A stretch of 64,000 nt of DNA from a virus (lineage: Duplodnaviria; Caudoviricetes), in IMG/VR virus record IMGVR_UViG_3300032373_000001; one strand, 5' to 3'. Each line of letters opens with the position of its first letter. Positions within the stretch are counted from its first letter, which is position 1. The position numbers were made by a program, and so were the translations under genes. The notes below the pieces were generated by a model. It was given only the letters and a program-made list of their open reading frames with translations, was not told the origin of the DNA and ran no database searches. Positions 32,870 to 41,856 of this stretch are shown piece by piece.

Positions 32870-35800
32870 TCAGGTCAGACTGCTCCGCAAAGAGAAGCGG
32901 AGGATGACGTACAGAAGGGGAAGAACCGGCGCATAGGCAGCCTGCGCTTCCACCGCAGTAGGGTCGTCCGGGGAGGGATTCGCCTCGACCCCGGCGTAGC
33001 CCTGAATGATCTGAGCCTTCTGGAGGCTGTCCAGAGTCTTCTGGAGCTGACTGGCGATCTGGGAGGTGATCCCCGCCAGGAACTTGTTGCCGGTGAACCC
33101 ATCCAGGGTCGAACGGCTCTGGCGCTGGACCTCGTCAGCGATAGCGATGACCGTTGGCAGCTTGGTCAGGGGGCCGGACATGTCCGTCGTCAGGCCTTGG
33201 CGGCAGAAGATCCGGTTACGCTCTTGGGTCATGACCGTGACACCGCGAACCGCAACCTGGTTCTGCTGGACCGGGTCCAAGACCCGAGCGATCTCATCGA
33301 ACGCGAAGACCTGGCGGCGCGTCCAGGGAGTTGCGACGTCGATGGAAGGGTTCGCCCTGGCTCCTGCCCAGGCCGCTGCCATGTAGCCGCCATCCACCAG
33401 GTAGGAATCCGAAGTGCCGTCCCCATTGTCCAGGGTGAGCGTGTAGATGTCTGGGTAGAGGAAGCGGAAGCGGGACCGACCGATCGCCTCTGCAGAGTTC
33501 CCGGCCTCTTGGGGTTGGGTTCCAGCGCTGAACCCTGCGAGGGCAGTACGCTCCGCGCGGAAGCGGATCGAGCTCTGGACGTCGCAGTGCAGAGCCATCT
33601 GCTCGTACAGGGCCTGGGAATCCGTCTTGAGCGCCGTGATGTAGTTCAGGAAAGCGCCACCGGGCAGCGGACCCTCAACATCTCCCAGGGCAGTCAGGTA
33701 GGCTGCCGTCGAGGCAGAGTCATTGACGCCATCACCGTCGGTGTCGGTGTCCCGCTGGACCTGACGGAGAGCCAAGATGACCGCCCCATTGTTCAGCGCC
33801 AAGTAGGACGCGAGACTCAGGGGGTTCTGAGTCCCGATCGAACCGTAGGCTGCCACGATCGTTGCTTGGCGGGTGAATAGCTGGGTGGCGTAGACCTGCT
33901 TGGCGTAGTCGTAGGTGGCGTAGTAGAGGTCCCCGATGTCCGGCTCGTTGCCGCCCCGATCGTAGGTCTCCACGATCCCGGTGTCCCCATCAGTCACCCC
34001 CAGCGTGTTGCTGACGATGACCTCAGCACCCGGAACCACACGCGAGGGGAGGTTGGCATCAGCAGTAGCCGCCGCCCGCACGGTGAAGGTGAAGGTTGCC
34101 GCTGCCGGGTAGCTGGTGCCGCCTTCCCGCTCCAGGAGGGTGAAGGTGAGGCCAGTGACCGCATCGCGGTAGGTCTGGCCGACCTGACCATCCTGACCGG
34201 TGCCCGAGTTGAGCACCGAGGTGTTCGCAGTACCGGAGCCAGTCACGATGTCCGAGCTGGTGACGTAGAAGCCTTCGAGGGCATCCTCACCAGTGCCGCC
34301 CTCACCTCCTGTGACTCCCAGGCCCGTTCCCGGAAGGGTGACGGAGGCGGTCGCAGCAACAGCAATCGCGACCGAGGAGGAAGTCCCGGCCCCTGCTGTG
34401 CCCTGACTCTGGATGTAGAGGTACGCAGCGTTGGCCGAATCCCGCACCGTCTTGGCAAGCGCTTCTGCTGCGAAGTAGGTTGCCGTGGGGCTGCCCCAGC
34501 TCAAGAGCGAAGCAGAGAGCGTTGCTCCAGAATGGGCCATCAAGGCCGAGACCAAGACCTCGACGCTCACATCGGTACGCTGGAAGACATCACCGCCAGA
34601 AAGCCCCAGGACGCTGTTGGCCGAGCCCGTGCCGAGCACGATGGTAGCCGACGATGCTGAACTGGCTCCCCGAAGCCGGAAGCCTGCACCCTCTTGGGTC
34701 AGGGTAGCGGTGGAGCTCGCTGCGGTCAGCGCTGCCTGAACCTGGGCGAGGACCGTGTTGGCCACCCCGACAGGACCCAGCGGGACATCAGCAGAGCCCC
34801 CCGAAGCAATGGCGGTGCCCGTAGCATCCGCGAACTCAACGGTGATCGGGGTGCCCTCGATCGTGAGCTGGAGGACGTTGTTCTGGGCGGTGGTTCCGCC
34901 GGCAGCGTAGAAGGTGACCAGCGGCTGACCGTCCCGAGCATCACCGTAGGTAGCAGTCGGGACCTGACCGCCGCTGAGACCGACGAGGCCCCGAACGGTG
35001 GGAGACTTGATAGTGGCCTGGGTTCCGGCCTGACCCAGCTCGTTGGGGGTGAGCCCCGCCTGGGTAGCGCCAGTCCCGCCGAGAACCTCCAGTTGAGTCA
35101 GGTCGAGGATGTCCTGGCCGTCGAGCGAGCCGCCGTTGCCGGGAACCAGCCGGTTCCGCAGGACGAGCCGATCGTTCAAGGTCGGAGTGTCACCCAGCGT
35201 GTAGAGCCGGGCGACGTCGGAGTTGACCAACTTGGCCTGGGCACCCTGGGCCCCGGCCGTCGGGAGACCGGCCAAGACCGCGAAGTCAACCGCAGTGGAA
35301 GCCCCGGCGACGAACTCCAAGAAGCCGCCGCCAGTGTCGGTCGGGTCGACCGTCAGCGCGAAAGTGAGGCGACCAGAGGAATCCGACCCGACCGCCACTG
35401 CGATGTCGATACCAGCCGCAGTGATTGCGGCATCCATCGCAGTTTGAACAGCCGTCGCCAGGGCCGAGACCGAGGCGTAGGTGCCAGCAGCGATGACGTT
35501 GCCGGCCGTCAGGCTGACCGGGGTCGAAGCGACCGTCGTGCCCGTGTAGTTCAGGACCAAAGCATCGTACTCACCCGCCGTGATCGTGACCGGGGCCAGG
35601 AACCGGGTGGAAGACTTGATGACAGGAACAGCGTCGGGGTCGTGGATGTGGTAGGTGTCAGTGACGACAGGAGCACCACTGAAGTTGACTCCGACCGTCG
35701 CCACCTTGGTGGTACCATCGTAGTCGGTGATGGTGCGGACATCACCGTTGGCCAGACCCGCCGTCGGGCGAACGGTCCAACCGATGTAGTAATCATCGAT

Positions 35801-38059
35801 GTCCGAAGCAGTCGCTGCCAGGGTGATGCTTCCGAGGGCACCGCCCTGGGCCGCTGCGAACTCCCCGAGAGATGCCCGGTTGATCGCTCGAACATAGGAG
35901 GCAGCAGTCGCCGTCGCAGAAGAGTCTGCCTTGGCCTGGATCAAGACCCCATCGATCTCCAGGTCGATGTCCCGGTTGGTTGAGTCGATGTCGTAGGTGG
36001 TGCCGCCCGAGTCCGCATCGTAGGAGACCACGTCCCCTACCAACTGACCGCTGAAGCCTGTCCCCGTAGCAGCCGGGTTGCTGAGCTTGACGAAGCCGCC
36101 CGCCAACGCAGAGCCGTCCACCTCGATGTCGAAGTTCTCCGAGGCCCCGGAGACCATGTAGTAAGGTCCGGAGCTGGGAACCGTGTAGGCCCCCAGCGTG
36201 GCACCTTGACTGGCGAAGGTGACGGTGACATCTTCCTCGACACCACCCGTGAACACTGAGGCGCTGAACGGGCTTTCGAAGCGGGCGTCGGGGTCCGACT
36301 CGCTACCGGAGGGGAACTGAAGGGTGATGGTCGCCAGCGCCGCAGACTTGCTGCCGAAGCGAGGGGTGTAGAGGGTGTTGCCATCCTCATCCTGCACCGA
36401 ATAGGTTCCGACGCCGCTGCCACCCGCAGACTCCGACGTGAAGGTGTAGTCCGCGTCCTGGAGGGTGCTGTAGTAGAAGGTGGCGTAGACGCTCGCACCG
36501 ACCGGGACCGGCTCACTCAGGGTGATCTGGTTGGTGGCAGCTTCAACACGGGTGACAGCAACACGACCGCGATTGACCGCATCGCTGAGGCTGTAGCCCC
36601 AGTAGGCGAAGACGAGGTCCGGTCGGTTGGTCGGCAGGTCCACGCGACCGTTGCTGACCTCGCTGAAAGTAGTGGTGTCCAGCGGAGAGTTGCGACCGTT
36701 CCCGGTGGTGGCTGTCAGCGGGAGGGTGAACGTGGTGCGGCTCTCGACCGGAGGCGAGACCGTTTGGTTCACCACTGCCGCGCACTCAGCCAAGTACTGG
36801 CGAGCATCGACCAGCGTCGAGCTGATCTGGTTGGAGCCGAAGGCCGTCCCGCCGACCGTCAGCTCGCCCTGCTCGACCAGCGTTGCCGCACCCCAGAGGA
36901 TGCGGTCCTCCTTGAGGACGTAGTCGGTGCCGTTGATGTAGTCGGTGCGATCTGGAGTCAGACCCACACGGGTGATCTCAGTGACTCCGATGTTCTCCAG
37001 GTAGTCGAAGGTGTCCTGCCAGGAGTTGAAGAAGTACTGGATGGTAACCGTTGCGCCCACTTCCGGAGCGAAGGGGAGAGTGACGGCACGAGTCTGACCA
37101 TCGACCGCAGTCGGGATCACCTGGGTGCCGTTAACCTTCACGGTCACGTCCGCAGTGTCAGTCGTGGTCACACCACCGTTGCTGCCATCGACAATCGGGC
37201 CTTGGAAGGTGTAGAAGACCTTGTTGCGGCTGGTGCCGTTGCCCTGCGTCAGGCCAAGCGTGGTGTTCGCGGTGCCCGCACCCACATCGACGTCGCGGTC
37301 TGCCGTGAGAAGCAGGACCGTTTGGCCGAAGGAGTTCTCCGCCGAGGAAGCAACGAGGCTGGTCCCAGTCGCAGCGGCGTTGATGAACGCCGCCACCTGT
37401 GCAGCAGTCCACCCGCCCGAGGGGCTCTCGGAGATGGCGACCGAGACTGCGTCCGTCGAATCGACAGTGAGCAGGAGGGTGTCGTTGACGTCCGTGGTGA
37501 TGGTGTAGTTCTGACCGACCTCCCCATAGATCGTGGGGGCATCGGGGGCGACCTGATCGCTCACCGTGTCGGTGATCAGGGTGTCGGTGCGGTTGAAGAA
37601 GTAGGTGACCCGGACCTCATCGGTCGCCTCGGGGGTGACGCTGATGCGAAGAACACCGCTGGCACCATCGATGGACAGGACGGCAACAGGCGACCCGTTG
37701 ACGGTGACATTGACACTGCCGGCGGTGGTCGCAGTAACGCCTGCGCCAGTGCCAGTGACGATCGGATAGTTGCGGACCTGGAGGCGGTCCAAGGTCCCAT
37801 CAAAGTTGCCGAGCGTGGCCTGCCCTGCGTTCGAGATGGAGACGACTGCACGTCCGGTCTCGTCTTCCTGCACGACCCGCTGATCGACGTTCGAGGAAGA
37901 GCCCCGAACCAGCTCCAACGCATCCCGCGTGAGGCTCTCGACAGCTTCGCCCATGAACAGAGGAATCCTCAGCGCAGCGGCGATGCCCTGGAGCGGAGAC
38001 TCCTGATTCGTCTCGGTGTAGACGCCTGGAGGGGCGTAAATTTGTCCGGGAAAAGCCAT
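32870..38059 (-). CDS. Contractile tail sheath protein (very large, many inserted domains)
   Basis: N-terminal YAPPGVYTET; C-terminal RQGLTTD...TVIAIADEVQR...AYAPVLPLLYVILRF typical of sheath proteins; 1729 aa. Confidence 0.88.
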   Translation of the reverse strand: MAFPGQIYAPPGVYTETNQESPLQGIAAALRIPLFMGEAVESLTRDALELVRGSSSNVDQRVVQEDETGRAVVSISNAGQATLGNFDGTLDRLQVRNYPIVTGTGAGVTATTAGSVNVTVNGSPVAVLSIDGASGVLRISVTPEATDEVRVTYFFNRTDTLITDTVSDQVAPDAPTIYGEVGQNYTITTDVNDTLLLTVDSTDAVSVAISESPSGGWTAAQVAAFINAAATGTSLVASSAENSFGQTVLLLTADRDVDVGAGTANTTLGLTQGNGTSRNKVFYTFQGPIVDGSNGGVTTTDTADVTVKVNGTQVIPTAVDGQTRAVTLPFAPEVGATVTIQYFFNSWQDTFDYLENIGVTEITRVGLTPDRTDYINGTDYVLKEDRILWGAATLVEQGELTVGGTAFGSNQISSTLVDARQYLAECAAVVNQTVSPPVESRTTFTLPLTATTGNGRNSPLDTTTFSEVSNGRVDLPTNRPDLVFAYWGYSLSDAVNRGRVAVTRVEAATNQITLSEPVPVGASVYATFYYSTLQDADYTFTSESAGGSGVGTYSVQDEDGNTLYTPRFGSKSAALATITLQFPSGSESDPDARFESPFSASVFTGGVEEDVTVTFASQGATLGAYTVPSSGPYYMVSGASENFDIEVDGSALAGGFVKLSNPAATGTGFSGQLVGDVVSYDADSGGTTYDIDSTNRDIDLEIDGVLIQAKADSSATATAASYVRAINRASLGEFAAAQGGALGSITLAATASDIDDYYIGWTVRPTAGLANGDVRTITDYDGTTKVATVGVNFSGAPVVTDTYHIHDPDAVPVIKSSTRFLAPVTITAGEYDALVLNYTGTTVASTPVSLTAGNVIAAGTYASVSALATAVQTAMDAAITAAGIDIAVAVGSDSSGRLTFALTVDPTDTGGGFLEFVAGASTAVDFAVLAGLPTAGAQGAQAKLVNSDVARLYTLGDTPTLNDRLVLRNRLVPGNGGSLDGQDILDLTQLEVLGGTGATQAGLTPNELGQAGTQATIKSPTVRGLVGLSGGQVPTATYGDARDGQPLVTFYAAGGTTAQNNVLQLTIEGTPITVEFADATGTAIASGGSADVPLGPVGVANTVLAQVQAALTAASSTATLTQEGAGFRLRGASSASSATIVLGTGSANSVLGLSGGDVFQRTDVSVEVLVSALMAHSGATLSASLLSWGSPTATYFAAEALAKTVRDSANAAYLYIQSQGTAGAGTSSSVAIAVAATASVTLPGTGLGVTGGEGGTGEDALEGFYVTSSDIVTGSGTANTSVLNSGTGQDGQVGQTYRDAVTGLTFTLLEREGGTSYPAAATFTFTVRAAATADANLPSRVVPGAEVIVSNTLGVTDGDTGIVETYDRGGNEPDIGDLYYATYDYAKQVYATQLFTRQATIVAAYGSIGTQNPLSLASYLALNNGAVILALRQVQRDTDTDGDGVNDSASTAAYLTALGDVEGPLPGGAFLNYITALKTDSQALYEQMALHCDVQSSIRFRAERTALAGFSAGTQPQEAGNSAEAIGRSRFRFLYPDIYTLTLDNGDGTSDSYLVDGGYMAAAWAGARANPSIDVATPWTRRQVFAFDEIARVLDPVQQNQVAVRGVTVMTQERNRIFCRQGLTTDMSGPLTKLPTVIAIADEVQRQSRSTLDGFTGNKFLAGITSQIASQLQKTLDSLQKAQIIQGYAGVEANPSPDDPTAVEAQAAYAPVLPLLYVILRFSLRSSLT

Positions 38060-38137
38060 GATTCCTCAGTGACCTTGGAAGGTAGTTGAGATGCAGAATG
38101 TCTCCGCAGGGTAACCCCCACGGCACCTACTCCCGGC

Positions 38138-38153
38138 TATAAACCAGGCACCG
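38138..38153 (-). promoter_or_regulatory. Promoter-like motif CGGTGC-N6-TATA upstream of the sheath gene
   Basis: Intergenic, flanked by the inverted repeat TCCCGG/CCGGGA. Confidence 0.55.
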
Positions 38154-38157
38154 GGAT

Positions 38158-38622
38158 CTATTGTCCAGAGGTCTTCGGTGCGGCCTTCTTGGCCTGGGCG
38201 ACCTTGAAGGCCGCATCCCGGTTCTGATTCACCCGGACGCGCTCTTTCTCGGTGATCACGCGATAGTCCCCTTCCTTGGTAGGGATGAGATGGTCCCGCG
38301 TCACAGCCCGCCCGGCCTCCCGCTCGTGGCGAACCCTACGGTCCTTGACCGCGTTCCGCTTTTCGATGTCGACCCACTTCTTCTCGGAATCCCGGCCGAC
38401 CGCCTTGTCGAAGTTCCAGTCATCTGAGGTTCCCGTGTTGGGGGGGAGTGCCCCGCGAACCCCAGCCTTGTGCTTGAATGCGAAAGAAGCCACCGAAGGG
38501 ACCTTCGGCATATCTTCCCCGCACTTCGGACACGGAATAGTAGGGGTCGCCCGAGAGGACAACTTCCAGAGCTTCTCTCGCTTGATTCGGCACTCTCGGC
38601 AGGCGTACTCATAGATCGGCAT
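38158..38622 (-). CDS. FmdB-family zinc-ribbon protein
   Basis: MPIYEYACREC...CPKCG...FAFK signature. Confidence 0.85.
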   Translation of the reverse strand: MPIYEYACRECRIKREKLWKLSSRATPTIPCPKCGEDMPKVPSVASFAFKHKAGVRGALPPNTGTSDDWNFDKAVGRDSEKKWVDIEKRNAVKDRRVRHEREAGRAVTRDHLIPTKEGDYRVITEKERVRVNQNRDAAFKVAQAKKAAPKTSGQ

Positions 38623-38631
38623 GCCCAGACC

Positions 38632-38883
38632 CTACCCGTTGTCCTGAACCCACTCGGCGGCTTCTTCGTAGTCCGTGGACTCGAACGTGGCTCCGGCCAT
38701 CAGCTCGCCGGTCCAGGTGCCCCAACCCATAGAGTAGAGGTAGCCCATGGGACGACCACGCCGGTCCTTGAGAACGTACTGATCACCGTCAACATCCCAG
38801 CGGGAATTGAGGCGCTTCAGGCGCTCGTACACGCTGGCGGTCCGGAGGTTCTCCGCACGAAGGATCTTGGAGAGCTTGTTCAT
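38632..38883 (-). CDS. Small hypothetical protein with MNKLSKILRAENLRTAS leader
   Basis: 83 aa; leader shared with 20007-20588. Confidence 0.6.
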   Translation of the reverse strand: MNKLSKILRAENLRTASVYERLKRLNSRWDVDGDQYVLKDRRGRPMGYLYSMGWGTWTGELMAGATFESTDYEEAAEWVQDNG

Positions 38884-39842
38884 GACATTTCCCGGTGAAG
38901 GTTGCGGGTGTACTCCTCAAGGGCTGCACGATACGCTCGACGCCAGCCCTTGTAGAGCGAGTATTCATCGAAGGTGTACCGACCCCGGCTCAGGTCCGAA
39001 ACGGAACCGTCTTGGCCGATACTGAGGAAGCCCAACTCTCCCGGCCAGTAGATGCGGGTGCCGACGCCAGGCTTGTGCCAGACCGTCAACCGATCGGGCC
39101 CCCCGTGCTTCTTGATCAGCCGAGAGAGATCTTCCGCCTTCTGCTTGGCCCCGGCCCGAGCCTCCTGCTCTTGCTGACGGGTTCGCTCCCTGCGCTCTCG
39201 GACCAGCTGCCTGCGAAGGTCATTCAGGCGCTGCTGCACTCGGGGCAGCAGCTTCTTGTGGAAGCCCAGCTCCGACGCTCCCAACCGCTCGATCTGAGCG
39301 ACCAGGGCCTCAATCTCCTCCCCCAAAGACTTTCCCGAAGCCTGGACTGTCTTGGGGGCAGCCAGTTGCTGGAGGAGATACTGATTCTCCTCGTGGGCGT
39401 TGGCGGTCGCCATGATCCAATCATCCAGGCCCAGCGTCATCGCCCCGGCTTCTTTGATGGCGTCGTAGGATTCCTGCAAGAGGTCCTGGAGGTCCTGCTC
39501 GCTCTGAAGTCCCCGGAGCACATGGTCCGCTTCTTGGGACCAACGCTCCATGCTGTACTGAATAAGCTGGCCCTGTAGGCTGAGGCCCACGCCCTCTGCT
39601 CCGAAGTAGCCGACGACCTTCTCTGCGATCTGATCGATCTGCACCTCGACGCTCTCGTAGAGCCTCTGGAACAAGAGGTGGTCGCCATAGAACGAAGGGC
39701 CGCGGACCTGCCAGTGACTGGTCTGGTAGGAGAGGTACATGGCACGGAGCATCCCCAGTATGCGACCGAGGCGTGCCTCGGTCACCGACCTCTGCTCAGG
39801 GGTCGCGCTGAGGTAGGCGCGCTTCTCTTGCTCGAAAGACAT
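38880..39842 (-). CDS. Dps/ferritin-like domain protein with extra C-terminal domains
   Basis: SHWQVRGPSFYGDHLLFQRLY...DQIAEK matches the Dps ferroxidase helices; probable ATG 39842 (TGATG overlap). Confidence 0.75.
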   Translation of the reverse strand: MSFEQEKRAYLSATPEQRSVTEARLGRILGMLRAMYLSYQTSHWQVRGPSFYGDHLLFQRLYESVEVQIDQIAEKVVGYFGAEGVGLSLQGQLIQYSMERWSQEADHVLRGLQSEQDLQDLLQESYDAIKEAGAMTLGLDDWIMATANAHEENQYLLQQLAAPKTVQASGKSLGEEIEALVAQIERLGASELGFHKKLLPRVQQRLNDLRRQLVRERRERTRQQEQEARAGAKQKAEDLSRLIKKHGGPDRLTVWHKPGVGTRIYWPGELGFLSIGQDGSVSDLSRGRYTFDEYSLYKGWRRAYRAALEEYTRNLHREMS

Positions 39843-41023
39843 CAGTCCTCCCAAACCAACTCGCCACCCGACAAAACCTCACCGCCTTTGAGTTCGCGCG
39901 GGAGGCCCACTTCCACAACCGCTGCGAACTTCTGGCGGGCCTGAGCCATGGCCGCAAAACGGTCGGTAGCTCGGACCAGCAGCCAACGGCTGGCCCTCTT
40001 GCCCTCTTCCTCCACCTTGACCTCGACCTCGTAGTTGGAGGTCTCGAGCTCTTGGAGCTCCGAGTTCTCTTCCTGGGTGAACTCGCTTTCCATCCAGGGC
40101 TCGTCAGCGTCTGATGCGTGGGGGCCTGGGACCTCGCTGCCGAGGTCGTTGGGGTCGAAGCCCTCCGCAGCCCCGACCTTCTCCTCGCGGAGGTTTGCCT
40201 TCTTGTCCAGGAAGTCGGGCTTCTTCTCGCCCTTCTCGCCGTCCTTGTCCTTGTCGTTCCCCTTGGGGTTGGGGTTGTCCTCGGAGGTGAACTGATGCTC
40301 CTTCAGGGCATCGGGCACCTTGCCGGCAACCTTCGGGGCGTCCGGATACAAGTCAAAGTAGTGCTTGCTGAACGCGCAGCGGCTGGTCTTCGAGTGTTCC
40401 TTGAGGAATCCCGTGATCCGTTCGTGTCGGTCCGTCTTCTTGGCGCTCAGGGCGAAGACCTGCTCCCCCATGTAGGCGCTGAGATCCGCGACCGAAGCCA
40501 TGCAGAGGCGGGCGGTGTCGGACGGAAAGCCGTACATGCCTCCCGCCAGCTTCTCCTTAGAGGCTTGACGGTGCTTGATATCCTCGGGGAGCTCCTGCAT
40601 GGCAGCGAGGAGGACCTTGGCCGCGAGACCCTTAGAACGCTTGGCGTGAGCCTTCATGAAGGGCAGGGATCGCGCATCCTTCTTGCAGGCATCCTTCGCG
40701 AGCTTCAGGGAGCGCTTCTGGGCACGCTTGACCAGCCGCTCGACGTCCGACTGGGTCTGCTTGGTGTAGCCGTAGAGGCCAGAGGCTGCTGCCTTGGAGG
40801 CGGGCTCAGCTTCCACCGGAGGACCCTCCTTGCGGTGCATCCCCTCTTCGTCGTCCCCGGCCTTCTTGAACTTGTCCTTGTATTCCTGGTTGTGCTGCTC
40901 CCAGGAATCTTGGACGGGCTGAGGCTGCTCGGCGAGCCAAGCCTCAAACTGCTTGCGCCCTTCAGGGCCGGACTCAAACCGCGCGAGGATCTGCTGGCGC
41001 TCGCTGGGGAGGAGAATGCTCAT
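39842..41023 (-). CDS. Hypothetical modular protein with internal repeats
   Basis: 393 aa; two A[SG]G[LM]YG[YF] repeats; DADEPWM motif; many K/R-x-A motifs. Confidence 0.65.
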   Translation of the reverse strand: MSILLPSERQQILARFESGPEGRKQFEAWLAEQPQPVQDSWEQHNQEYKDKFKKAGDDEEGMHRKEGPPVEAEPASKAAASGLYGYTKQTQSDVERLVKRAQKRSLKLAKDACKKDARSLPFMKAHAKRSKGLAAKVLLAAMQELPEDIKHRQASKEKLAGGMYGFPSDTARLCMASVADLSAYMGEQVFALSAKKTDRHERITGFLKEHSKTSRCAFSKHYFDLYPDAPKVAGKVPDALKEHQFTSEDNPNPKGNDKDKDGEKGEKKPDFLDKKANLREEKVGAAEGFDPNDLGSEVPGPHASDADEPWMESEFTQEENSELQELETSNYEVEVKVEEEGKRASRWLLVRATDRFAAMAQARQKFAAVVEVGLPRELKGGEVLSGGELVWED

Positions 41024-41056
41024 CTCAGGGACTCCTTTTATCAGAGCACCCCAAAG

Positions 41057-41072
41057 GATAGCCAGGATACTG
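41057..41072 (-). promoter_or_regulatory. Weaker promoter-like motif CAGTAT-N6-TATC
   Basis: Intergenic, 34 nt upstream of ATG 41023. Confidence 0.4.
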
Positions 41073-41075
41073 AGG

Positions 41076-41504
41076 TCAGATCAGGACGTCGTAGCCCACA
41101 TCCCCCGTGATGGTTGCCCCGGCTTCGAGCGTGAATCCGCTGATGGTCTTGTTAGTGACCCGGAACGGGGCGAAGACTCCGGGACTCAGGGCCACACGGT
41201 ACGCGGTCGAGGCCAGAGGGGAGGAGAACGTGACCACCTTAGACGCCTCTGCCGCAAAGCTCAGGGTGCCGTTGATTGCTGTGGTAAGTGCCAAGAGCGT
41301 CTCCACTTGACCCATAGCGGTCGCGATGTCGTCGGCGACTGATTGGGGGATCTGGGTGTAGGGGCTGACCACGAACCCGTAGGGATTCTGGATGTCTCGG
41401 ACGGAGATCACGCCAGCCTGATTGCTCACGATGGTGAACCGATAGAGCTCGCTGGAGGGGCCAGAGTTGTAGGTGAACTCGCTCTGATACAGAGTAGGCA
41501 TCAC
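41076..41504 (-). CDS. Hypothetical beta-rich structural protein
   Basis: 142 aa; C-terminal VTFSSPLASTAYRVAL...VTNKTISGFTL resembles the end of 20597-22147. Confidence 0.5.
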   Translation of the reverse strand: MMPTLYQSEFTYNSGPSSELYRFTIVSNQAGVISVRDIQNPYGFVVSPYTQIPQSVADDIATAMGQVETLLALTTAINGTLSFAAEASKVVTFSSPLASTAYRVALSPGVFAPFRVTNKTISGFTLEAGATITGDVGYDVLI

Positions 41505-41815
41505 CAGACTCCTGTGGTCTCGTAGCCCTTAGAGGTGAGCCATCGATCCAGCTGCACGAGACCCTCACGGTCCGAGGACCAAAGAGTCAAGCTGTCCCCG
41601 GCGAGGCGTATGCCGAGATCCGGCACCGGAGGCAAAGACGCGATGCGGTTCTTGCCGTCGCGGAAGGCTTTCAAGAACTGCGGGAGGTTCTTGACCCCAT
41701 GCCCGAAGTCATAAACGGCCACCCTCCACTCCGGTGAAGCTCTCGAAGCCACCCACTCACGGGCAATCCGGTAGGTCATCGCGACCCGCTGCTCCGACAA
41801 TTTCAATTTGCTCAT
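41501..41815 (-). CDS. Hypothetical protein
   Basis: 104 aa, RBS AGGAG; leader RVAMTYRIAREWVASRAS. Confidence 0.55.
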   Translation of the reverse strand: MSKLKLSEQRVAMTYRIAREWVASRASPEWRVAVYDFGHGVKNLPQFLKAFRDGKNRIASLPPVPDLGIRLAGDSLTLWSSDREGLVQLDRWLTSKGYETTGVW

Positions 41816-41839
41816 GGAGGTCTCCTGCAGAACTAAGAG

Positions 41840-41855
41840 GATAGGGCTCCTACCG
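41840..41855 (-). promoter_or_regulatory. Promoter-like motif CGGTAG-N6-TATC
   Basis: Full consensus, 25 nt upstream of ATG 41815. Confidence 0.65.
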
Positions 41856-41856
41856 C

